A DNA stretch of 64,000 nucleotides from a bacterium (lineage in GTDB: Bacteria > UBA8248), in contig OY843592.1 in the NCBI GenBank assembly GCA_963692865.2, positions 3,232,001 to 3,296,000 on the forward strand. Direction: 5' to 3'. Positions 21,072-30,191 of this stretch are shown one piece after another (positions within the stretch are counted from its first letter, which is position 1; every line of letters begins with the position of its first letter). A program made the position numbers and the translations under genes. The notes below the pieces were generated by a model. That model had not been told where the DNA came from and did not search any database. It worked only from the letters and a program-made list of their open reading frames with translations.

Positions 21072-21268
21072 TTGGCGTCCCATTTTCAGCACGTAAGGGC
21101 ATCGGGCGACGTTTCCGATGCCCGTAGGCGGGCGAATCAAGGGCCTGTCATTTTCCGGGGGGTTCCCGAAAAACACGCCTCATCGTTTTTTGGGGGGTAC
21201 CGGCAAATGATGGCCGCCTGCGGCCACCCTTTTTTCGCCTGCCGTTCGTGCTAAAATGGGGACGCTAA
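21072..21268. promoter_or_regulatory. long branched fold-back, candidate Frpo/ssi-type single-stranded DNA promoter
   Basis: Outer arms TTGGCGTCCCATTTTCAGCACG (21072-21093) / CGTGCTAAAATGGGGACGCTAA (21247-21268); further arm pairs inside; extended -10 TGCTAAAAT on one arm. Confidence 0.6.
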
Positions 21269-21563
21269 GAGAGAGAAGGTAGTGTCGCCACCGGGATACA
21301 GGAGCCTTTGGGTTTCACGATGAAGGCGAAGCTCATCGGGAAACAGTCTCTCATGCTGCGGAAAGGGTCATTCCGGGCCGTCCTTTCCGGCCCGGAATTC
21401 CCGCAGCGGGGGGTAGACTGAGCCACCCTTCTGGGTATGGAGTGGTTGCAGGCGCAGGCCGATCTTCCGGGAACACGGTTCATCGTTCGCGGAACAGGAG
21501 ATTTACCGGGTGTTCCCGGTAGACGGGAGGGGCCAGCCGGACGACTTCCTCTGGATAACGAGC

Positions 21564-21600
21564 AAAGAAAAAGGGCCGACGCGCGAGGGCGCCGGCCCTT
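21564..21600 (-). terminator. intrinsic terminator after ssb
   Basis: Minus strand AAGGGCCGGCGC...GCGTCGGCCCTT hairpin followed by TTTCTTT. Confidence 0.65.
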
Positions 21601-21607
21601 GAAGCAC

Positions 21608-22054
21608 TCAAAACGGGATGTCTTCGCCTACTACGCCTGCGGGAACAGCCACGTCAGCCGTCTCGGCGTGCGCGCCGTTACCGTTGACATTGCCGTTCCC
21701 GTTCACCTTGTCGAGGAACTGCACGCGTCCGCCCGGCGCGATGAGGATCTCGGTCGAGAACCGATCCGAGTCTTCCTCGTCCTTCTTCCAGCGGCGGGTC
21801 TGGAGCTTGCCCGCCACGTAGACCAGGCGGCCCTTCTTCGCGTGCTTTTCGAACATATCCACCAGGCCCGGCTGGAAGGTGACGACCCGGTGCCACTCGG
21901 TCTTCTCCACCCGGTCACCCGACTGCTTGTCGACGTAGCCCTCGTCCGTGGCGATGGACAGGTTCGCGACGCGTCCGCCGCTCGCGAGATGGTTGATGGT
22001 GACGTCGGCGCCGAGACGCCCGATCAGTTCCGCCCTGTTGAGTCCGAATGCCAT
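21608..22054 (-). CDS. ssb: single-stranded DNA-binding protein (mobile-element copy)
   Basis: LNRAELIGRLGAD, TEWHRVV, KGRLVYVAGKLQTRRW, acidic tail EDIPF. Confidence 0.95.
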   Translation of the reverse strand: MAFGLNRAELIGRLGADVTINHLASGGRVANLSIATDEGYVDKQSGDRVEKTEWHRVVTFQPGLVDMFEKHAKKGRLVYVAGKLQTRRWKKDEEDSDRFSTEILIAPGGRVQFLDKVNGNGNVNGNGAHAETADVAVPAGVVGEDIPF

Positions 22055-22131
22055 TGTAGTACTCCTTCGTGGTGAGAGTGTGAAAAACTGAAGGGAGGGA
22101 GAGAGCCTTTCTCTACGCCCCCCGGTTCGCC

Positions 22132-22266
22132 CTAAACGCTGCAGAACTCCTCCGCCTCGCCTTGCGCCTCGTCACGCAGCTTGCGGATCGTGTACGCGTC
22201 GAGTCCGAGTTCTGCGAGCAGTTCGTCCGCGGTGGGAACGTCGACGTCGTAGTCGTTCTCGTACAT
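22132..22266 (-). CDS. 44-aa acidic hypothetical protein
   Basis: GAGAGGAGG RBS then MYENDYDVDVPTADELLAELGLDAYTIRKLRDEAQGEAEEFCSV, immediately upstream of ssb. Confidence 0.55.
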   Translation of the reverse strand: MYENDYDVDVPTADELLAELGLDAYTIRKLRDEAQGEAEEFCSV

Positions 22267-22942
22267 GGCCAGCCTCCTCTCGGGGTTGTCGCCGGCGTCG
22301 GGGCCGGGAGACCGTCTCCCTCTCCCCTGCCGGGCCTTTGCCCGGCTCCCCGCTTCGCTCCACCTCTCCCCGGGGAAGTACTCATCCCGTGAGGGACTGC
22401 CCACGGAGCGCGAACGGCCTCGGCCCCCGCCGGGGCGAACCGTAGGCGGGCGCGTCTCGATGCCCGCCCGTGCGCGCGGCCGATTCAGGATTCGGATGGA
22501 GGAGGCACGGGAGAAAGGAGACGCATCGGGTGCTGTGGAGTTCGGGAGGGGCGCTCATGTTGCCGCAGGCAGGATTCTTCGCAGGCCCGGTTCGCGTCGT
22601 CCGGGCCGCACCGTGCCGTATTCAGTCGCGGGAGGGGCGGCCTGTTGCCGGCTCACCGGGGCCGCCTGCGGCCGTGGCGGCGCCTCAAGCGGGACGGCCT
22701 GAATGGACTGCGACAGTACCCCCCCGGCGCGGATCCCCCCGCGTCCGGACGGCGGTCGTCAAACCCTCCCTCCCGGTCGGGTCCGGGCCCCGTTCCTGGC
22801 GAGACAGGGACGGACGTCCCAGGGCCGGCAATACGTATCCGGCGGTCGGCAGGCCGGCGGCGCAGGTCCCCCCGCTTCGCTCGGGCTGTCCCCCCGCCGG
22901 CGGGTTGCCGGCGGCACGTGCCCGGCGAACCGGCGCAAGTGT

Positions 22943-23752
22943 CTACCAACTGGCATACCTGGCCATCACCGGAGTATCTTCGACGATTTCCACATCCTTG
23001 CGGGAGAGTTTCGTGAAGGCGAGGCACATCGCGACCTCCTCCCAGGAGTCGAGGGGGCCGTGCTCCTCGCCCGTGGCGAGCTCGACCACCGTGTAGCGCG
23101 GCGGATGGACGGGCATTCCCTTGTGCTCGCCCGAGGAGTGATACGACCGGCGCGCGCAGCTCGCGCATCTCACCCCTGCGTCCGCATCGGCGCCGCAGTC
23201 AACACATGCTCCGCGGGCGCGCCTGCCGTGATAGCGCGCCCGGCTCGCTGCGTTCTTGCGCGGACGGCGTTTCACGTCCCTTGCGGCGCACGAGGCGCAC
23301 GTCGAAGCCTTGTCGATGACTTCCGCACTGCACCGGCCGCATCGCCCGGCGGCCCGCCGCCTGGCGTAGAGTTCCCTCTCTTCAGCGCGCCTTGCCTCCC
23401 GGCAGGCCTCGCAGACGGCGCCTCCTTCGACAGGTGGAACTTTTCCGCAACCGGTGCAGAGGCCCGCCTCGCGTCGTTCGCGCCTGCGTTTTTTGTTTCT
23501 CTCCCGCGCCATGCGCCGGCGGCTTTCGGGGCAACGGCCTCCGTATGCTGCACCCTCCCGCCTGGCCCTGTCGTAGCGGGCGCGTTGGGCTTCCCGGTTC
23601 CTCTCCAGGCATGTAGCGCAAAGACTTCGCTCGGGAGCGGGCCGGTGTTTGCCGCACTTGGGGCACATGCCCCGCGCGCGGCGTTCCGCCACCCGCTTCC
23701 TGTGGCGTTCGCGCTCGAACCTGCGCCTGGCTTCCGGGTCTTTATATGGCAT
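22943..23752 (-). CDS. Arg-rich protein with four CxxC-x(n)-CxxC zinc-finger repeats
   Basis: CPKC/CATC, CTGC/CEAC, CGRC/CASC, CVDC/CASC, each preceded by an RRxxG helix; GGAGG RBS before MPYKD. Confidence 0.75.
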   Translation of the reverse strand: MPYKDPEARRRFERERHRKRVAERRARGMCPKCGKHRPAPERSLCATCLERNREAQRARYDRARREGAAYGGRCPESRRRMARERNKKRRRERREAGLCTGCGKVPPVEGGAVCEACREARRAEERELYARRRAAGRCGRCSAEVIDKASTCASCAARDVKRRPRKNAASRARYHGRRARGACVDCGADADAGVRCASCARRSYHSSGEHKGMPVHPPRYTVVELATGEEHGPLDSWEEVAMCLAFTKLSRKDVEIVEDTPVMARYASW

Positions 23753-24240
23753 CGTGCGGTCTCCTCCCCCGCGTGTCTGGAATCCGTCCGGCGCCGGGCC
23801 GGCAAGACGTCTTGCGGCATACCTCACCGGCACAGCATCTTGCCCCACACGAGGTGTTCTCCCCACAGTTGCAGGCCGCTGCCGGGAACCTTGAGCCCCG
23901 TGCAGACGATGAGTTCATCGCGCGCGGGCCGCATCTCGCGGACCGCACGCCGCGATGCCGTCACGCGCTTCCTCCTGCGCCCGCCCTTCTCGCCTGCGGG
24001 CAGGGGCTTGAGCTCACCCCCGCCCGAGGATTTGTAGCGCCGTACCTCGTATCGCTCGTCCGCCAGGCCACGGCTGAGGAGATGGGTGAGGAAGGTTCGT
24101 GCTTCGGGTCCGGGTTTCCGCATCGCGCGCCTCCTTGGGTGGGTGGATGATGGCGGCGGAGAACGCCCTCTCCCGGACGCCCGGCCGCGCCTCCTCCCGG
24201 CCAGGCTCCGCCTCTCGGTGGCGCAGGGCGCTGCGGTCTT

Positions 24241-24582
24241 CTACGCGAACCAGGACCCCGGGTCGTGACCGTGGAGTTCCTGCTCCTCGATCTCCCTGCG
24301 CCAGGCGTAACGGCCCGTGCGCGTCGCCCAGTCGAAACGCTCGCCGCGCCCGCCGGGGAGCCGGTAGCGGGTGAAGGCCGTCCAGTCCCCGCCCCGGAAC
24401 CCCCGCCACAGGACGCACGAGAGCGCTGTGAGAAGGCACCAGAGAACCGCACAGAACCAGACGGCCCCCAGGAGGCGGAGACCGCTCCCGGCCGCGAGAG
24501 AGCAGATTGTGGCGAGGAGTGCGAGGCCAGGTCCCGCCAGGACGAGGGACCGGGTGTACGGGGATGGATTCTTGTCGCTCAT
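24241..24582 (-). CDS. small 2-TM membrane protein
   Basis: GGAGG RBS; MSDKNPSPY, two hydrophobic segments, FDWATRTGRYAW tail. Confidence 0.55.
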   Translation of the reverse strand: MSDKNPSPYTRSLVLAGPGLALLATICSLAAGSGLRLLGAVWFCAVLWCLLTALSCVLWRGFRGGDWTAFTRYRLPGGRGERFDWATRTGRYAWRREIEEQELHGHDPGSWFA

Positions 24583-25357
24583 GGGTCGCGCCTCCGGGAT
24601 TGCGGGTGAGGGGAATGCGGGCGCCGCCCGGCCTCTCCGGCCCGGACCCGCGCCCCCTCCCGGCCCGGCTCGTCCTCTTCGGGGCGCAATGCGCACCCGG
24701 GGAGCACGGTGGAGACCGCCGACGCCGAAAAAAACGCATCCGGATGCCTGTCATTACGAAAACAAAATGAATTGAACCCGAAACAATGCGTTAAATTCAC
24801 ACTGCTTCGTTTATTCCTGGATGCGATCCTGAGAGAATAGCGGGAAATTCCGCCGCTTCGGGTCGTTCCTTTCGTGGCGCGTTGATGGACTGCCCCGGGG
24901 AGAGCGGCGGGCCGCCCCTTGCGGTACCCTGCTCCGTGGCGGACGTGCCGCGCGTCAGGCTTGAGGCTCTCGCCGGCGCCTTGGCCGACCGGAAGGGGTG
25001 GCGGCTTTTGCCGAAAAGGCCGTTCAGGGGAAAACGGGTTGCGGTGACCCTGGGTCGTGCCCCCTTGAACCGGCCAGCCGCCCCTCCCATACGGATATTT
25101 CCCGTATCCGGGGAGGGGTGGCGCTTTCGGGCGGCGGTGCTGTTCCTCTTCGGCAATTCCCGGGAGTTGCTCGCGCGCGGAGGATGAGCGGCGCGTGCAT
25201 CCCGTCGATTGCCGCGAAGCGATGCCGATCGCGCGACTGCCATGACGTATTGTCGATAGCCATATGTTTTGCAACCCCGCCGGAAACGCCATAGAATGGC
25301 CCCTGGTTCGGCACCGCCCGGTTGCGATGCAATTACGGAACGTACGAGGTGGGCTCC

Positions 25358-25570
25358 ATGAACCGGGAGGGCAAGCACGGACACGCCAGGCGGACCGTCG
25401 ACGCGCTGCCGCCCGCCTCGGGCGGCGCCGTCTTCCGGGACCGCGGCCTGCCCGGGTTCGGGGCCCACGCCTCGGGCCGCCAGGTATGCGTCGTCCGGAC
25501 GAGGGGGCCGGACGGCGGTCCGGGGCGCGTCTCCATCGGCCGTCACGGCGAGACGTCCGCGGTGATATGA
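25358..25570 (+). pseudogene. truncated integrase arm-DNA-binding domain remnant
   Basis: RRTVDAL..GAVFRDRGLPGFG..HASGRQVCVVRTRGP..PGRVSIGRHGE aligns with the N-termini of both full integrases; no catalytic domain follows. Confidence 0.7.
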
Positions 25571-26739
25571 TGCGTTACTTGTACATGATCGGCCCTCTCG
25601 CGGGCCTCCTGCTGCTCTTCGCGTGGGCCGGCCCCGCCGCCGCGGACGGCAACTTCTCGCAGCGCCCCGGGTTCGCCGCGTATTTCGCGGCCAACCCTCC
25701 GGCCGGCGCCGCCGGTCCGGCCGATCGGGCCCTGGCCCGCCGCCACGCGCCGCGCTTCCACCTGCCCGCCGGCCACGAAGGTCCCATCGACTTCTACCGC
25801 GACTACATCGCCCACGGCTACCTGATAACGGGCGAGGGCGTTCGCATCGACGGCCCCACCGCCGGTGACCTGAACCGCTACCGCGACGACGCCCGCGCCG
25901 AGTTCACGCACGCGCCGGGAGGCGCCGCGCCCCGGCCCGTCGTCTACGCCGCGGTGGAGCGTACCGGCCTGTGGGGGCCGGAGGAGCCGGACCGGCCGGC
26001 CGGGGAATTCACCGTCCTCACCTACCACCTGGCGTTCCGGGTGAGCGGCCTTCCGGCGGGGTTGTCCCCGGTCGCGGCCATCCCGCTCCGGCTGGTGGCG
26101 GACCTCGACGACTGGCACCAGCTCGACCACTACACCGCCGCGTTCGTGGTCCTGGCCGCGGACGGGCGTCCCGTCGCCCTGACCCTGCAGCAGCACAACT
26201 ACCTGCGCACCTACCTGGTCGGCGAGTCGGTGGAGCCCGGGCCCGACGGGCGCTTCGAGGTCGACGTGGCCATCCGCTCGAACGAGCTTTACCCCCACGC
26301 TGCGGGACGGACGGTGCGCCGGGCGGTGCGGTTCATGGACCATGACGCCCAGGCCTTCATGATGGGTTTCGGCGAGCGCCCGATGATGTCGGCGGACGAC
26401 GTCACCGAGCCTGTGCGCACCGTCGACTACGAGCTCGCCTTCCTCCCCGGTTCCGACGCCTTCTACTCGTTCCAGGGCTTCCTGGGCGAGCGCCGCAGTT
26501 TGCCCGGCCGCGACGGCCCGCCCGGGGCCCGCTACAACACCCTGCCCGAGCTCAAGCCCCTGCCCGCGCAGATTTTAGATGGCTACTGGCGCGCGGGGAA
26601 CGAGGGCGACTGGGCGCGGTACCGGGACAGCCGGGAGGACGGCTCCGGCCCGGCCGGCTTCGCGCGGGCGCAGGCGGGGGTGTTCCACCAAAACCTCGGC
26701 TGCCTGCGCCGGGAGCGCAAAGGCTGCGAGCTGCAGTAG
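25567..26739 (+). CDS. secreted hypothetical protein (~390 aa)
   Basis: Signal peptide MMRYLYMIGPLAGLLLLFAWAGPAAA; GC3-biased coding; DDWHQLDHY and QQHNY motifs. Confidence 0.75.
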   Translation: MMRYLYMIGPLAGLLLLFAWAGPAAADGNFSQRPGFAAYFAANPPAGAAGPADRALARRHAPRFHLPAGHEGPIDFYRDYIAHGYLITGEGVRIDGPTAGDLNRYRDDARAEFTHAPGGAAPRPVVYAAVERTGLWGPEEPDRPAGEFTVLTYHLAFRVSGLPAGLSPVAAIPLRLVADLDDWHQLDHYTAAFVVLAADGRPVALTLQQHNYLRTYLVGESVEPGPDGRFEVDVAIRSNELYPHAAGRTVRRAVRFMDHDAQAFMMGFGERPMMSADDVTEPVRTVDYELAFLPGSDAFYSFQGFLGERRSLPGRDGPPGARYNTLPELKPLPAQILDGYWRAGNEGDWARYRDSREDGSGPAGFARAQAGVFHQNLGCLRRERKGCELQ

Positions 26740-26799
26740 CGGCGCGGGCGACCCTCCCCCGAGCCTTCCTGCGCCCCTGTCGCCGTCCCCGCCGCCCGG

Positions 26800-27984
26800 C
26801 TAGAGGGCGGCGCCCTGCAGCAAGTCTCCGGCGATGCTCTCCGCGACGCGCCCGGCCGCCTCCTGGGCCGAATCGCGAGCGAGGTGCGCGTAGCGCGCCG
26901 TCGTTTCCAGGCGGCTGTGGCCCAGGAGCTTCCCGATGACGGGGAGCGGCTCGCCGAGCGCAAGCGCCCGCGAGGCGTACGAGTGCCTGAGATCGTGCAG
27001 CCTTACGCCCTCGAGGCCCGCGCGCTCCCTGATCGCCCGCCAGGCCTCGTCGACGTTCGCAAGGCGCGTCCCGGGCTTCCTGCCCGGGATGACCCAGGGG
27101 CCGTCGTGGGCGCTGAGGAGACCCGTAAGGAGTTCGACGGCCTCCGGCGGGAGCGGGACGGCCCGCGCGCCCGTCTTGGAGTCGGGCAGCCTCACTTCGG
27201 CCTCCTCAATGTCCACGTCCTCGCGGCGCAGCTTCAGTATCTCGCTCCTCCTGCACCCGGTCAGCGCCAGGAGCCGGATAGCCGCCACAGCGGACGCGGA
27301 GGCGCCGCCCCGGGCCTCCGCCTCGTCGAGCGCCTCTCCCAGGCGGGTGAACTCCGAATCCGTCAGGAACCGCTCGCGCCTGCGCTCGGGGTATTTCACC
27401 AGGGCGCGGCAGGGGTTCGATGCTCCCTCGGGAACCATGCCCCAGCCCGCGGCCTGCTCGTACATCGCGGACAGGACGCGGAGCGCCGTGTTCGCCACCG
27501 CGGGCGTCTCGTAGAGGTTTTCATGGAATTCCGCCACCCGCGCGCGGGAAAGCGCGGCCAGCGGCGCCCTGCCCAGGACGGGCAGGACGTGGCGGTCGAT
27601 CACCGAGCGGTAGAGCGCGGCTGTGCCCGGCTTGCACCGCACCGAGACGTATTCGGTGAGGTAGCGCGCGCACAGTTCTGCCACCGTGGGGCCGGCCTTG
27701 GGGCTAAGCGGCTCAGGCACCGCCTCCTCGCCCGCCTTGATACGCGCGATGATGCGGGCGGCGCGCTTCCTCGCCTCATCGGCGTTGATCACCCCGTGGC
27801 GGCCCACCGCCACCCTCCTGGGACCTTCGGGCCCCCGCGCCTGGGCGACGTAGACTTTCGAGCCGGTGGGATACACCCTCACCCCGAAGCCCGTGAGTTC
27901 CCGATCCCAGAAGACCGTGTCCTTTTTCACCGCGAGTTTCCCGACCGCTCGGTTCGACAGCGTCCCGTGTTCAGTTTTCGCCAT
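26800..27984 (-). CDS. tyrosine recombinase/integrase with arm-binding domain (copy 2)
   Basis: FWDRELTGFGVRV; LTGCRRSE, HDLRHS, LLGH, TARYAH catalytic set; start MAKTEH. Confidence 0.93.
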   Translation of the reverse strand: MAKTEHGTLSNRAVGKLAVKKDTVFWDRELTGFGVRVYPTGSKVYVAQARGPEGPRRVAVGRHGVINADEARKRAARIIARIKAGEEAVPEPLSPKAGPTVAELCARYLTEYVSVRCKPGTAALYRSVIDRHVLPVLGRAPLAALSRARVAEFHENLYETPAVANTALRVLSAMYEQAAGWGMVPEGASNPCRALVKYPERRRERFLTDSEFTRLGEALDEAEARGGASASAVAAIRLLALTGCRRSEILKLRREDVDIEEAEVRLPDSKTGARAVPLPPEAVELLTGLLSAHDGPWVIPGRKPGTRLANVDEAWRAIRERAGLEGVRLHDLRHSYASRALALGEPLPVIGKLLGHSRLETTARYAHLARDSAQEAAGRVAESIAGDLLQGAAL

Positions 27985-27986
27985 CT

Positions 27987-29165
27987 TCACCCGGCCCTCC
28001 CGTTCGCGATGTGGGCGCCGATGCTCCCGCCCACCCGAACCGCCGCCTCCCTCTCGGCCTCTCGCATCAGGTGCGCGTAACGCGCGCTCGTCGCGACGCT
28101 TGCGTGGCCGAGCAGTTTCCCGATGGTGTAGAGGCTCTCGCCGAGCGCCAGCGCACGCGACGCGTAGGAATGCCTCAAGTCGTGAAGTCTCACGTCTGCG
28201 AGCCCCGCCCGCTCCCTTATCGGCCGCCAGTAGTGGTGCAGGCCCGTCAGGCGTTTTCCCGGTCTCTGGCCCGCGATCACCCAGGGGTTGTCGCCGGAGC
28301 GGGGGATGGCGTCCAGTATCCCGAGCACGGGCTTCGTCAGGGGAACCATGCGGGGACCCGCCTTGGCGTCCCTGAGTCTCAGATCCCCCGCCGTGCGGTC
28401 CACGTCGTCCCACCTGAGATTCAGTATCTCGCCCCTGCGGCACCCGGTCAGGACGAGCAGCCGGATGGCCGCGGTCGCGGGCGGCCATATCCCGTCTTCG
28501 GCCTCGGCCTGCCTGAGCGCACGGCCCAGCCTCCGGTATTCCGCAGGCGTCAGGAACCGCTCGCGCAGCTGAGTCCTGTAGCGGCGAAGCGCCTTGCAGG
28601 GGTTCCGCCCGGGCGGTACCAGCTCCCACGCTTCCGCCAGGGTGTACATCCGCGAGAGGAGGTGGACCGCCCGGTTCGCCAGGACCGGCGTATCGCGCAG
28701 GCCGTGATGGAGTTCCGCGGCTTGCGCCCCGCCGACTTCTCCCAGTCCCATACCGCCCAGGGCGGGCAGGACGTGCTTGTCGAGCACCGTGCGGTACGCG
28801 GCGACGCTTGCGGGTTTGAGGTGTCTCTCCACGTGGGTGCGCATGAAGCGCTCGGCGAGTACCGCCACGGTGGGTTCCACCTCGGGCGGTTCGGCTGCCG
28901 GCTCCTCACCGCGCTTGATGCGGTCGATAACGAGGGCGGCCTTCTTCCTGGCCTCGTCGACGGCCATCTCCCCGTGGCGGCCGAGCGTCACGCGCTTGGG
29001 CCCCGATGGTCCCCGGGACTGCACAACGTAGGTTTTTCTGCCCGTGGCGTGGACGCGCACCCCGAAACCCGCCAGCTCCCGGTCCCAGAAAACCGCGTCA
29101 TTCCCGTCGACCTCGAGCGCGTCGACGGTGCGCTTGGTTAGTTTCAGATCGCTTCGCTTGGGCAT
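27987..29165 (-). CDS. tyrosine recombinase/integrase with arm-binding domain (copy 1)
   Basis: FWDRELAGFGVRV; LTGCRRGE, HDLRHS, LLGH, SARYAH. Confidence 0.93.
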   Translation of the reverse strand: MPKRSDLKLTKRTVDALEVDGNDAVFWDRELAGFGVRVHATGRKTYVVQSRGPSGPKRVTLGRHGEMAVDEARKKAALVIDRIKRGEEPAAEPPEVEPTVAVLAERFMRTHVERHLKPASVAAYRTVLDKHVLPALGGMGLGEVGGAQAAELHHGLRDTPVLANRAVHLLSRMYTLAEAWELVPPGRNPCKALRRYRTQLRERFLTPAEYRRLGRALRQAEAEDGIWPPATAAIRLLVLTGCRRGEILNLRWDDVDRTAGDLRLRDAKAGPRMVPLTKPVLGILDAIPRSGDNPWVIAGQRPGKRLTGLHHYWRPIRERAGLADVRLHDLRHSYASRALALGESLYTIGKLLGHASVATSARYAHLMREAEREAAVRVGGSIGAHIANGRAG

Positions 29166-29765
29166 CCCGTTTCCTCAAATATGTAATCAAAACGCATACA
29201 TTCGGCATCAAGCTGGAGGGTATTCAAGCATATGTGTGGCGAAAACGCAAGGGGAAACGGGGTGGGGAGTAACGGAAATATGGTATTATAAACAATCGTT
29301 TATCGTATATATACGAGGTCAATCGCACTATTGCGCGGCCAAGAGGTTCATGACAATGATTTATCGAATTGTTCAGGAATTCTTCGGGACTCCGAAGAGG
29401 TCGATTCCGGACGGGGAGCCGCCGGCCGCGCCCTGGCCGGAGGCGCGGACGCGCGGCCCCTGCGAACCGGGCCCGGCCGGTACGGAAGACCGCCCGCCGT
29501 GGACGAGCGAGCGGTTGCGCTTTCCCTCCCGAACCGTCCTTCCCATTCCCTCCTCCTCGCCTCGACGGAAACGGCGATCCCTCTCCACCCGGTCGGGACC
29601 GGTTCCCCGCGCGGGAGTATCGCCTACGCCGGCGAAAACCCCATGACGGCAAATGCGGGGAAATGCGCGGTTTGAAATTCACTCCACTTTTGAGAGTCAA
29701 TCCCGGCCTTAACGCGAAATATCGGTGGCGTATCGTGGAATAGGCGGGGCAAATCCAACCGATAA

Positions 29766-29968
29766 GGGCGTGTTGAAAAAGTCCGGGTTTCGTGATTCGG
29801 CGTATGGAGCCGACCGGGGAGGGGGCCTGTAGGGACAACCCCCTGTGGTTGTCCCTTGCAGAACAGGGCATCGGACAGGCACGGGGCCTGTCCCTACAAC
29901 CCTTGCGGCTTTGTTCGTCATCCCGGCGGTGGTCAATTCCGGCCGAAGAGGTCTTCTTCAACTACCCC
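29766..29968. mobile_element. MITE-like element containing a GTAG-type REP pair
   Basis: Ends GGGCGTGTTGAAAAA / TTCTTCAACTACCCC; inside GTAGGGACAACCCCCTGTGGTTGTCCC and GGACAGGCACGGGGCCTGTCCCTAC. Confidence 0.6.
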
Positions 29969-30191
29969 CCACACGCGGCCCATGACCGGGAGGCGAAAAC
30001 AGGCGGGGCCGCAGGGAGCGATTGCCCGCGCGCGCGGCTTCGCCCGTCGCGCCGGAATCCGTTTCCGTCTTTTCGCTCTGCCGTACGGACGGCCTCCCCC
30101 GCCGGGGCGGATTTGACGAAACGCCCGTTCTCTTTCTATATTCATGATCGTCCAATGCGGGGAGAGGACCCTTTCCCAGGGGAGAGCGCGC

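Larger units (their letters stand above)
1..29700. mobile_element. integrative element / defence island (boundaries approximate, left end probably outside the window)
   Basis: Tandem integrases at the right end, ssb/DUF2493/DUF4326 leading-region genes, CRISPR-Cas, TA and caspase cargo, patchy lower GC; no att site identified. Confidence 0.55.

Noticed and set aside
5443-29165. CRISPR-associated transposon or RNA-guided integrase
   Set aside because: No tnsA/B/C/tniQ; cas3 and cas1/2 are intact; no evidence coupling the tyrosine integrases to Cascade
29166-29760. att site or ncRNA upstream of the integrases
   Set aside because: AT-rich promoter-like patch, but no tRNA/tmRNA fragment or direct-repeat partner identifiable within the window
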